Assembly (NCBI GenBank): GCA_964549525.1
Contig: CAZJUR010000003.1
Coordinates: forward strand, 2,030 to 66,029
Direction: 5' to 3'
Source: an uncultured Candidatus Saccharibacteria bacterium
GTDB taxonomy: Bacteria > Patescibacteriota > Saccharimonadia > Saccharimonadales > Saccharimonadaceae
DNA length: 64,000 nucleotides
The notes under the pieces were generated by a model, which did no database searches, was not told where the DNA came from, and saw only the letters and a list, made by a program, of their open reading frames with translations. Below, piece after piece: positions 12,247-23,303 of this stretch (positions are counted from its first letter, which is position 1; every line of letters starts with the position of its first letter). The position numbers were made by a program, and so were the translations under genes.

Positions 12247-14328
12247 ATGGCACAAAAAAATGTATCATTAGATAAGTTTCGTAATATTGGCATCATAGCC
12301 CATATTGACGCCGGAAAAACAACCACGACCGAAGGTATTCTCTACCGAACTGGTTTAAGTCATAAAATTGGTGCTGTTCATGAAGGCGAAACCACCACTG
12401 ACTGGATGGAGCAAGAGCGTGAACGAGGTATTACTATCACTAGTGCGGCCGTTACCTGCTTTTGGAAAGACCATAAGATCAATATTATTGACACGCCAGG
12501 TCACATTGATTTTACGGCCGAAGTAGAGCGCTCGCTGCGTGTTCTCGATGGTGCAGTTGTCGTCTTTGATGGCAAGATGGGCGTGGAAGCACAGACCGAA
12601 ACTGTCTGGCGCCAAGCCAATAAATATCGCGTCCCTCGTATCTGTTTCATCAATAAGATCAATCAAACAGGCGGAGATTTCTATAAATCTCTTAATAGTA
12701 TTCACGCACGTCTCTCTAAACGAGCACTTCCTGTTCATCTACCAATTGGGTTTGAAAAAGACATCAATGGCGTAATTGATCTTGTGGATATGAAGGCTTA
12801 TACCTATAACGATTTTACTGATCATGAGTTGATAGTTGGCGATATTCCAGCTGATATGCAAGATAAGGCTGCACACGCCCGAAGTCTACTAGTGGAAGCT
12901 GCCGTTGAAGCTGACGATGATCTTTTGATGAAGTTTCTCGACGAAGGCGAAGAAGCGATTTCAACAGATGAACTCAAAGCTGCGCTTCGAAAGAGCGTTT
13001 TAGGCGGAGAATTTTACCTTGTGACCGGCGGTGATGGACGGGGAGTGATTGTTGAGAAAGTCCTGGATCTTGTCACCGAATATCTTCCAAGTCCGCTCGA
13101 CGCAGGTTCAATTTGGGGAACCCACCCGAAAACCGGCGATGAGGTTGAGCGTAAACCAGACGACAAAGAACCGCTCGCTGCATTAGCTTTTAAAATTGCC
13201 AACGATCCATTTGTCGGTAAGCTCATTTTCATCCGCGTGTATAGCGGGAAAGTGTCGGCCGGTAGTTATGTGATGAATACTACGACCGGTGATAAAGAGC
13301 GTGTCGGTCGACTCGTCCGTATGCATGCAGATAAACGAGAGGATATCACAGAAATTGGCGCAGGTGATATTGCCGCTGTAGTAGGATTGAAAAATACTAC
13401 AACTGGTACAACTCTGTCTGATCTCACTAAAACAATTACGCTAGAAAGCATTGATTTTCCGGAGCCGCCGGTCGCTATTGCGATTGAGCCAAAAACTAAA
13501 GCTGACCAAGAGAAAATGAGTCTCGCTTTACAGCGCCTCGCTGAAGAAGATCCTACTTTCCGAGTTCATACTGACGATGAAACTGGCCAAACTATTATCA
13601 GTGGTATGGGGGAGTTGCACCTGGATATTATTGTTGATCGTATGAAGCGCGAATTCAAAGTAGAGGCAAATATTGGCCAACCTCAAGTCGCTTTTCGTGA
13701 AACTATTAAGGGCACGGCTAGTGTACAAGGTAAGCACGCTAAACAATCTGGTGGTCGTGGTCAATATGGTGATGTCTGGATCAAATACGAGCCCAATGAT
13801 GCTGGTAAAGGTTTTGAGTTTATTGACGAGATTAAAGGTGGTGTAGTGCCACAAGAATATCGTAAGCCTGTCGAACAAGGTGTGCTTGAGACACTCAATG
13901 GTGGTGTCATCGCTGGCTATCCAGTAGTAGACGTGAAAGCTACGCTGTATGACGGTAGTTATCACGACGTAGACTCCAGTGAACTTGCGTTTAAATTGGC
14001 AGGAAGTTTGGCTACGCGCGAAGGTATTAAGCAAGCAAATCCTATCTTGCTCGAACCGGTCATGAAAGTAGAAGTCACTACCCCTGAAGAATTCATGGGT
14101 GATGTAATTGGTGATCTCAACTCTCGTCGCGGACGGATTGAATCAATGGAAGACGGTATGGGTGCAAAACTCGTAACCGCTTTTGTGCCGCTTGCGAGTA
14201 TGTTTGGTTACACAACAGATCTTCGATCAATGAGTCAAGGCCGAGCAGCTTCGAGTATGGAGCTTGCGCAGTATGAAGAAGTGCCGCCAAATGTAGCACA
14301 AGAAATCATCGAAAAACGCGCCAAGTAA
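12247..14328 (+). CDS. fusA: Elongation factor G
   Basis: 693 aa with GTPase motifs [20 protein letters not shown] and NKID-like INKINQ, plus EF-G domains IV/V. Confidence 0.98.
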   Translation: MAQKNVSLDKFRNIGIIAHIDAGKTTTTEGILYRTGLSHKIGAVHEGETTTDWMEQERERGITITSAAVTCFWKDHKINIIDTPGHIDFTAEVERSLRVLDGAVVVFDGKMGVEAQTETVWRQANKYRVPRICFINKINQTGGDFYKSLNSIHARLSKRALPVHLPIGFEKDINGVIDLVDMKAYTYNDFTDHELIVGDIPADMQDKAAHARSLLVEAAVEADDDLLMKFLDEGEEAISTDELKAALRKSVLGGEFYLVTGGDGRGVIVEKVLDLVTEYLPSPLDAGSIWGTHPKTGDEVERKPDDKEPLAALAFKIANDPFVGKLIFIRVYSGKVSAGSYVMNTTTGDKERVGRLVRMHADKREDITEIGAGDIAAVVGLKNTTTGTTLSDLTKTITLESIDFPEPPVAIAIEPKTKADQEKMSLALQRLAEEDPTFRVHTDDETGQTIISGMGELHLDIIVDRMKREFKVEANIGQPQVAFRETIKGTASVQGKHAKQSGGRGQYGDVWIKYEPNDAGKGFEFIDEIKGGVVPQEYRKPVEQGVLETLNGGVIAGYPVVDVKATLYDGSYHDVDSSELAFKLAGSLATREGIKQANPILLEPVMKVEVTTPEEFMGDVIGDLNSRRGRIESMEDGMGAKLVTAFVPLASMFGYTTDLRSMSQGRAASSMELAQYEEVPPNVAQEIIEKRAK

Positions 14329-14338
14329 TATTTCATAG

Positions 14339-14347
14339 TGCTATAAT
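14339..14347 (+). promoter_or_regulatory. Extended -10 (TGcTATAAT) upstream of lemA
   Basis: TGcTATAAT at 14339-14347, followed by an AAGGAGA Shine-Dalgarno and ATG 14378. Confidence 0.45.
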
Positions 14348-14377
14348 AAATAGGTAAGTGTATAAGGAGAAATTTGC

Positions 14378-14944
14378 ATGGAAATACTATTAATCGTCTT
14401 AGGGGTAGTTGCAGCTGTGGTTATTCTTGGGATAATCGTTATGTACAATGGGTTAGTTGCTTTGCGCAATCGCGTCGAAGAAGCTTGGAGTGACATAACA
14501 GTTCAGTTAAAACGACGACTAGATCTTATTCCAAATTTGGTAGAAACCGTCAAAGGCTATGCGAGCCATGAAAAAGAAGTTTTTCAGAAAGTGACTGAAG
14601 CACGTGCCAATGCGCTGAATGCACAAGGAGTAGTCGAAACCGCCAAAGCCGAAAATCAATTCGAAGCTGCGCTTAAAAGTCTCTTTGCTGTTGCTGAAAA
14701 TTACCCGCAACTCCGTGCCACAGAAAATTTCCAAAAACTACAGGATGAACTCGTTGACACCGAAGATAAGATCCAAGCATCACGACGATTTTACAACGGT
14801 GGCGTACGTGATTTAAACACTAAAATCGAACAGTTTCCGAGCAATATTATTGCTGGTATGTTTGGGTTTAAAAAGCGTGAATTCTTTGAACTTGAAGAGG
14901 CTGAAATGGCAAAAGCCGAAAAGCCTGTCGACGTAAAATTTTAA
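14378..14944 (+). CDS. lemA: LemA family membrane protein
   Basis: N-terminal TM segment plus the LemA blocks [43 protein letters not shown]. Confidence 0.9.
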   Translation: MEILLIVLGVVAAVVILGIIVMYNGLVALRNRVEEAWSDITVQLKRRLDLIPNLVETVKGYASHEKEVFQKVTEARANALNAQGVVETAKAENQFEAALKSLFAVAENYPQLRATENFQKLQDELVDTEDKIQASRRFYNGGVRDLNTKIEQFPSNIIAGMFGFKKREFFELEEAEMAKAEKPVDVKF

Positions 14945-14974
14945 TTAACACGTTAACCGCAAAGAGGTAGCTAC

Positions 14975-15853
14975 ATGTACAATGCTATTGCTGCAAATAA
15001 AAGAAATACAGTATTTATTATGTTGGTATTTATCGTGCTTATTGCTGTGCTCGGTTATTTTGCAAGTCTTTACTATAACCAGCCCTTGATTACACCGTAT
15101 GTAATAGCTGGTGCAGCTATCTATGCTTTGATTCAGTATTTTATGGCAGCAAAATTAGCCGTAGCTATGACGGGTGCAAAGGAGATTCAAAAAAACGATA
15201 ACCCGCGACTTTATAGAATGGTCGAAAATCTGAGTATCACTATGGGAATGCCGATGCCAAAGGTATATATAATACAAGACTCAGCACCAAATGCTTTTGC
15301 AACCGGTCGCGATCCGCAGCATGCCATAGTTGCCGCTACAACAGGAATTCTAGAACTGATGGACGATCAAGAATTACAAGGAGTTATGGCGCATGAAATG
15401 GGTCATGTCAAAAACTATGATATTCGGGTCTCGATGATTGCCTTTGGACTTGTCAGTGCAATAGGGATTATCAGTGACATCATCTTGCGCATGATGTTTT
15501 TTAGTAGCAGTGACGATCGCCGTAATATACCGCCACAGTTTTATATTATTGGGATACTTGCTGCAATCTTAGCGCCAATCGTCGCAAGTATGATTCAATT
15601 AGCAATTAGCCGACAGCGAGAATATTTAGCCGATTCTACGGGCGCACTTGTCACTAGATATCCTGAAGGTTTGGCGCGAGCGCTTGAAAAACTTCAGAGT
15701 CATCAGCGACCAATGAAGCGGCAAAATGGTTCAACTGCTCATTTATTCTTTTCAAACCCCATGAAGCCCGGTTTCTTTTCAAATTTATTTAGTACCCATC
15801 CGCCACTCGAAGAACGCATTTCACGATTGCGCGGCCTTGAAGGGAAAATGTAG
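14975..15853 (+). CDS. htpX: HtpX-like M48 zinc metalloprotease
   Basis: HEMGHV zinc motif, 4 TM segments, and a C-terminal STHPPLEERI block typical of HtpX. Confidence 0.9.
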   Translation: MYNAIAANKRNTVFIMLVFIVLIAVLGYFASLYYNQPLITPYVIAGAAIYALIQYFMAAKLAVAMTGAKEIQKNDNPRLYRMVENLSITMGMPMPKVYIIQDSAPNAFATGRDPQHAIVAATTGILELMDDQELQGVMAHEMGHVKNYDIRVSMIAFGLVSAIGIISDIILRMMFFSSSDDRRNIPPQFYIIGILAAILAPIVASMIQLAISRQREYLADSTGALVTRYPEGLARALEKLQSHQRPMKRQNGSTAHLFFSNPMKPGFFSNLFSTHPPLEERISRLRGLEGKM

Positions 15854-15854
15854 T

Positions 15855-18954
<3,100 letters not shown>

Positions 18955-18981
18955 AAAAAATTCTTGAGGTAAATAGAGATA

Positions 18982-19208
18982 ATGACTAATTTACCTGAGA
19001 TTGAAAAAGGAATATATCGTCACAACAAAAAGAAGTACTTGGCGTGGCATTGCAGACGGAGACAAATGAACCACTAGTGATTTATCGGCCGCTCTATGAG
19101 AATGAATATGAACTTTTCGCTCGTTCGTACACTGTATTTATAGAGCTAGTAGAGATTGATGGTAAACAAGTACCTCGTTTCGAGAAGATACCGAGTGAAT
19201 TAGAATAA
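18982..19208 (+). pseudogene. DUF1653-like small protein gene interrupted by a frameshift
   Basis: Frame 1 reads MTNLPEIEKGIYRHNKKKY and then stops at 19075. The frame offset by one nt reads KEVLGVALQTETNEPLVIYRPLYENEYELFARSYTVFIELVEIDGKQVPRFEKIPSELE* (stop 19206-19208). Together they match the DUF1653 pattern as I remember it (YRHYKG..Y.V.G.A.H.ET.E.LVVY..LY). The shift lies in or near the A-rich run around 19027-19034. Confidence 0.55.
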
Positions 19209-19673
19209 TTTAGCGATTTCTTGAAACTGCAAACGTAAACGATCAACATCTTTTGCCGGTGCGATAATTGTTTCTTTAATGGATTTCTCTCCCCCGCGAA
19301 TATACCGCCACATAATATATGTAGCTAGACCGAGCGGGGTACGTTTAATTGAAGAAAGTGCCATGTATTTAATGCTAAATTCATTGATAAAATGGTTGAT
19401 CTGCTGGCGCTCTTTTTTATCAAGACGACGAGGAAGTATCCGTTGAATAATCAAATGAGTGAAAAAACCCCCTAAACCAATAATACATATAAGTGGTATT
19501 ACAAAAATAAGTCCGATAATCCATAAAAGATCAACCCTGAGAAGTAAATATAAAAAAAGAAAAAAGAGTAATCCCAGAACAATAAGTACCACAATGATGA
19601 CTTTAAATATATATTGCCGAATCATGGTGGCGGCAATTGCACGAGCAGCTGAAATTGATTGGTATGATTGCAT
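19200..19673 (-). CDS. Hypothetical membrane protein
   Basis: Two or three hydrophobic helices and then a soluble C-terminal part. ATG 19673 (MQSYQ...) is preferred over GTG 19685 because GAGAGG lies just upstream and a TATAAT further up. Confidence 0.5.
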   Translation of the reverse strand: MQSYQSISAARAIAATMIRQYIFKVIIVVLIVLGLLFFLFLYLLLRVDLLWIIGLIFVIPLICIIGLGGFFTHLIIQRILPRRLDKKERQQINHFINEFSIKYMALSSIKRTPLGLATYIMWRYIRGGEKSIKETIIAPAKDVDRLRLQFQEIAKLF

Positions 19674-19698
19674 ATTTCCTCTCACAAGTATTATATAT

Positions 19699-19736
19699 GA
19701 AAATCAAAAACATCTCGTCGTAAAACGAGATGTTTT
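19699..19736 (-). terminator. Intrinsic terminator after the RRM protein gene
   Basis: 12-bp perfect stem AAAACATCTCGT / ACGAGATGTTTT (19707-19718 and 19725-19736), 6-nt loop, and a U-rich tail on the minus strand. Confidence 0.75.
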
Positions 19737-19750
19737 CGTATTAAAAAAGC

Positions 19751-20005
19751 CTAGCCTTCTTTCGGTCGAGCTTCATTAACGGTGATGTTACGTCCATCAA
19801 GATCGCTATTGTTAAGCTTTTCAATTGCGGATTTTGCATCATCATCGTTTGCAAATTCGACAAAGCCAAAGCCACGTGAACGACCAGTTTCTCGGTCAGT
19901 GATAACACGTGCGCTTTCTACAGTTCCAACTGTTTCGAAATGAGCTTTTAATCCATCATCTGTGGTAGCCCATGCGAGGCTACCTACGAATAGTTTTGTT
20001 GCCAT
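19751..20005 (-). CDS. RRM-type RNA-binding protein (glycine-poor, 84 aa)
   Basis: RNP-2 motif LFVGSL and RNP-1 motif RGFGFVEF; a single RRM domain. Confidence 0.9.
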   Translation of the reverse strand: MATKLFVGSLAWATTDDGLKAHFETVGTVESARVITDRETGRSRGFGFVEFANDDDAKSAIEKLNNSDLDGRNITVNEARPKEG

Positions 20006-20148
20006 ACTAAATTCCTTTTCATACTATTTATCGTCAGATCGACCCGTCGATATCATTTATGAAAAGAATGCCTTTTCGGATACTAACTTCTGCACGCTCT
20101 TATTTAAACACACTTGCGCTTTAAAAGATAGAGGAGACGGCAAAGTGC

Positions 20149-20177
20149 TTGCGTTTTAAATTACATTGTAGGATAAT
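20149..20177 (+). promoter_or_regulatory. Candidate promoter (TTGCGT-17-GATAAT) of an orphan short transcript
   Basis: TTGCGT at 20149-20154, 17-nt spacer, GATAAT at 20172-20177. No ORF follows. Confidence 0.4.
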
Positions 20178-20183
20178 AAAGGT

Positions 20184-20311
20184 GCTCGCTGGTGCGCATC
20201 GAGGCAATTTGCGCATTTAAAAACAAACATTCCCTGAAACAAACTGCCTCAGGGTGGGCGCGCAGCAGCAGTACTAATCGCCATCTCTTTTAAAGAGGTG
20301 GTTTTTAGTTT
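20184..20311 (+). ncRNA. Candidate small RNA / leader of unknown class (about 125 nt)
   Basis: Bounded by the candidate promoter above and an intrinsic terminator. Internal hairpins are TGCGCA-11nt-TGCGCA (20193-20215) and CCCTGA-11nt-TCAGGG (20232-20254). No coding potential. Confidence 0.35.
20281..20311 (+). terminator. Intrinsic terminator 16 nt upstream of tRNA-Ala
   Basis: CCATCTCTT-tta-AAGAGGTGG (9 bp, one G.U pair) followed by TTTTTAGTTT. Confidence 0.65.
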
Positions 20312-20326
20312 AAAATAAAGAACATT

Positions 20327-20403
20327 GGGGATATAGCTCAGTTGATTAGAGCGCTACGCTGGCAGCGTAGAGGTCGAGGGTTTGAGTCCCTCTATCTCCA
20401 CCA
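20327..20403 (+). tRNA. tRNA-Ala (anticodon GGC), CCA encoded
   Basis: Cloverleaf read by eye: acceptor GGGGATA/TATCTCC with the G3:U70 alanine identity pair, anticodon loop CTGGCAG, T arm GAGGG-TTTGAGT-CCCTC, discriminator A, CCA. Confidence 0.93.
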
Positions 20404-20432
20404 ATTAGTATTCTGTTATAATCATAACTAAT

Positions 20433-21719
20433 ATGCTCAAGCAACACATTCAAAAAATTCTCGAAAAATATACAAAAAAATATATAAAGAAATTTCAGCC
20501 AAAACTTATTTTAGTGGCCGGTAGTGTCGGTAAAACAACTACGAAACTTGCCATTGCGACTGTGCTAAATGAAAAATATCGTGTTCGAGTTCATCCGGGT
20601 AATCATAATACGCACTTGAGTGTGCCGCTCGCGATTCTTGGTATTAATTATCCTGAAAATATTCGCTCCTGGCGTGAGTGGTGGAAGGTGCGAAAAGCAG
20701 CAAAACAACGTCTCAAGCAGAAAGAAGCTGATTGTGATGTCATCGTCCAAGAACTCGGGACAGACTCACCGGGTGATGTCATGCATTTTGGGACATACTT
20801 ATATGCTGATGTTGCGGTCGTGACGGCAGTTAGTCCAGAGCATATGGCGTATTTTAAGACGATGGATGTGGTCGCGCAAGAAGAACTGGCCGTCAGTCAA
20901 TTTGCAAAAGTAACTGCCATTAATCATGATGATATTAGTAAAGAATTTGCTCAATACATGCAAACTCCTACGTTTGTTACCTATGGACTGGATGAATCGG
21001 CTGAATATAAAATTGAAGTTACTGAAGCTTCAAAAAATGGCTTAACTGGCATATTTAAATCACCTGGCGATAATCAAGTTTCGATCGAACTTTCACTGAT
21101 TAGCGATGCTGGTGCCAAAGCAGCTGCAGCTGCTGGATTTGTGGGACTTCACCTCAACATGTCCTTAACAGAAATAGCGGCGGGAATTGCAAAAATTACT
21201 GCTGCACCTGGTCGTATGAATGTTTTGCGTGGTCTAAAAGACTCTATTATCATCGATGATACATATAACTCAAGTCCACTTGCGGTCGAAGCGGCGTTAA
21301 AAACAATCTATCGTCTCGACGCGCCGCAGCGAATCGTTATTTTAGGTGACATGAATGAACTTGGAGACACTTCTCAGCAAGAGCATGAAAAAATAGCGAC
21401 TTTTATCGATCCAGAATTGGTCCAATATCTTGTTACTATAGGCAAAGAAACAAAACAATATACTGCACCGGCTGCACTTCGTCGTGGGGTGCCTACCAAA
21501 AGCTTCGATGACCCACTTTCAGCTGGCGCATTTGTTCACTCCATCCTGCAGGATAATGCCATCGTACTGGCAAAAGGTTCTCAAAACGGTATCTTTGCTG
21601 AGGAAGCGGTCAAGATTATTCTCCACGATGAAGATAAAGACCAATGGAATCTTGTGCGTCAGACAGACGATTGGCTACAAGAAAAGCAAAAGCAATTTGA
21701 AAAATTTAAAGATGCTTGA
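20433..21719 (+). CDS. murF: UDP-N-acetylmuramoyl-tripeptide--D-alanyl-D-alanine ligase
   Basis: Mur ligase P-loop GSVGKTTTK, the DDTYNSSP block and GDMNELG. TGtTATAAT (20414-20422) ends 11 nt before the ATG. Confidence 0.88.
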   Translation: MLKQHIQKILEKYTKKYIKKFQPKLILVAGSVGKTTTKLAIATVLNEKYRVRVHPGNHNTHLSVPLAILGINYPENIRSWREWWKVRKAAKQRLKQKEADCDVIVQELGTDSPGDVMHFGTYLYADVAVVTAVSPEHMAYFKTMDVVAQEELAVSQFAKVTAINHDDISKEFAQYMQTPTFVTYGLDESAEYKIEVTEASKNGLTGIFKSPGDNQVSIELSLISDAGAKAAAAAGFVGLHLNMSLTEIAAGIAKITAAPGRMNVLRGLKDSIIIDDTYNSSPLAVEAALKTIYRLDAPQRIVILGDMNELGDTSQQEHEKIATFIDPELVQYLVTIGKETKQYTAPAALRRGVPTKSFDDPLSAGAFVHSILQDNAIVLAKGSQNGIFAEEAVKIILHDEDKDQWNLVRQTDDWLQEKQKQFEKFKDA

Positions 21720-21763
21720 TATTCTTGTTCCATACAGACAAATAACACAAAAAAGGAAATCAC

Positions 21764-23203
21764 ATGCCTCCTCGAGACATACCAGCGACTGATTCTACAG
21801 CAGATTCATTAACTCCTTATCCATCTCCTCCTCATGCGACAACTCAGCAAAATATAATTACTCCATCTGCACCATCGGAAAATCCTTTGCCCACTACTGA
21901 TTATCAAGCCTCACGAAGCACATCTATAGATGAGCCTGTAGCCTCAATCCCCATCAATCAGACTAACCAGCCGGTGGCCGATCTTGACATACAATATGAT
22001 GTCCAAACTCCCCCCCAGCCCGAGACGCCTATTTCCTCCACGCCAACACCTAATTCTTCTCTTACTCCAGCATCTCAATCGTCTTCTCCGGATAAACCAG
22101 CGCATTCAAAGAAGAAAAAGATCTTGTTTATTGGTGCCATCGCGAGTGTTTTATTGCTTGTACTAGGCGGTGGATTTGCAGTTTATGCGGCATTTATAAG
22201 CAACCCTCAAGTGGTTTTAAATGACGTTGTCAAAAATACTCTGACATCAAATACTTTTATAAACTCTGGCAAAGTACGGATAAAATCCGAACAAGAAAAT
22301 ATGCAAGGCCTTATGAATCTCACCTTCACTAACAAAGCAGATACCCTCAAAACGATTGGATCATTCGGAGTCAATGCAGATGTGAAATACAATGATTTCA
22401 AGATAAATATCAGTGGCGATGCAATGGTAACAAATAGCAATAATCTCTATGTAAAATTTAACAACGCCGCAAAAACATATGACACCGTGTTTGCAGCCTT
22501 TGGCGAATCATATACGGATTCACCAGAATTTTCTCAAGCAGCGGAAAAAATGAAGGCAATTATCAAAAAAATTGACGGACGCTGGATTAAGTTAGAGGAT
22601 AGTGGGAATCAAATAAAACAAACGAGAAAAGCATTTCAAAAAGCAGCTCAGTGCACTCGTAATGCAGTAGATAAATTATATGAAGATCGTAAACAGTACG
22701 ACGAAATTCAGAAAGCGTTTCTCAAGCACCAATTTATAGAATTAAAATCAACAGGAAATAGTGAAACTATCAACAATATCGATAGCGTTGAATATAAGCC
22801 AGTTTATAGCGCAGCGAAATCAAACAAATTTGGTAAAGCTATAGAAAAATCATCGTTTACAAAAAACATTGATAAATGTTTTAATCCGTCATATGATCAA
22901 ACTCAAGAAGAAGGTGAGAAATATAACGCATCAACAGAAGAAATAAGAGAATCACAAAAACAATTTGATAACGCCAATATCAGAGTGTGGATCGGACGGT
23001 GGGATCATAGGATACATAAAATTACATCTAGTAGCTACGATAATAATACTAAAACTTCAAATGATTTTGATATGAATATTACTCAGAATAAAGTCGTAAA
23101 TATCGCTGATCCGCAAGACGCATTAAACTATAAAGAACTCGAAAGCGACTTCCAAGCCCTTTTTCAAGATCCTGGCATAAATCCTGCGATTTCGACTACT
23201 TAA
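21764..23203 (+). CDS. Hypothetical membrane-anchored protein with Pro/Ser/Thr-rich N-terminal region
   Basis: 479 aa: about 110 aa of low-complexity P/S/T/Q, one TM helix (ILFIGAIASVLLLVLGGGFAVYAAF), then a Lys/Asn-rich domain. AAGGAAA Shine-Dalgarno upstream. Confidence 0.65.
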   Translation: MPPRDIPATDSTADSLTPYPSPPHATTQQNIITPSAPSENPLPTTDYQASRSTSIDEPVASIPINQTNQPVADLDIQYDVQTPPQPETPISSTPTPNSSLTPASQSSSPDKPAHSKKKKILFIGAIASVLLLVLGGGFAVYAAFISNPQVVLNDVVKNTLTSNTFINSGKVRIKSEQENMQGLMNLTFTNKADTLKTIGSFGVNADVKYNDFKINISGDAMVTNSNNLYVKFNNAAKTYDTVFAAFGESYTDSPEFSQAAEKMKAIIKKIDGRWIKLEDSGNQIKQTRKAFQKAAQCTRNAVDKLYEDRKQYDEIQKAFLKHQFIELKSTGNSETINNIDSVEYKPVYSAAKSNKFGKAIEKSSFTKNIDKCFNPSYDQTQEEGEKYNASTEEIRESQKQFDNANIRVWIGRWDHRIHKITSSSYDNNTKTSNDFDMNITQNKVVNIADPQDALNYKELESDFQALFQDPGINPAISTT

Positions 23204-23303
23204 GATACAGCTTCTCATTCTAAAATAAACTATACCAATACGTCTAACTACACAAAGTGATGCGAGATTACAAGTGCCATCTTCTCTGTTATAATAAAAA
23301 GTA

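Noticed and set aside
13528-14034. Listed 168-aa minus-strand ORF inside fusA, and similar long antisense ORFs inside rpoC (7235-7615, 7937-8359), pheT (49721-50065, 51768-52106), trxB and tkt
   Set aside because: All lie antisense within strongly conserved genes, have low-complexity or Ser/Leu-rich translations, and lack promoter or SD signals.
20251-20264. T-box riboswitch upstream of tRNA-Ala/murF (AGGGTGG core)
   Set aside because: Only 7 of the 14 core positions form a contiguous match (10 of 14 overall). No UGGNACC bulge/helix A1-A2 geometry or Stem I specifier could be drawn. The UGG-G would also not match the A73 discriminator of the adjacent tRNA-Ala.
20249-20269. SRP RNA call based on UCAGG-GUG-GGCG-CGC-AGCAGC
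   Set aside because: The layout mimics helix 8, but the loop is not GNRA. The long A/C-rich 5' arm has no complementary 3' arm, because the terminator follows within 12 nt. It is kept only as a candidate RNA of unknown class.
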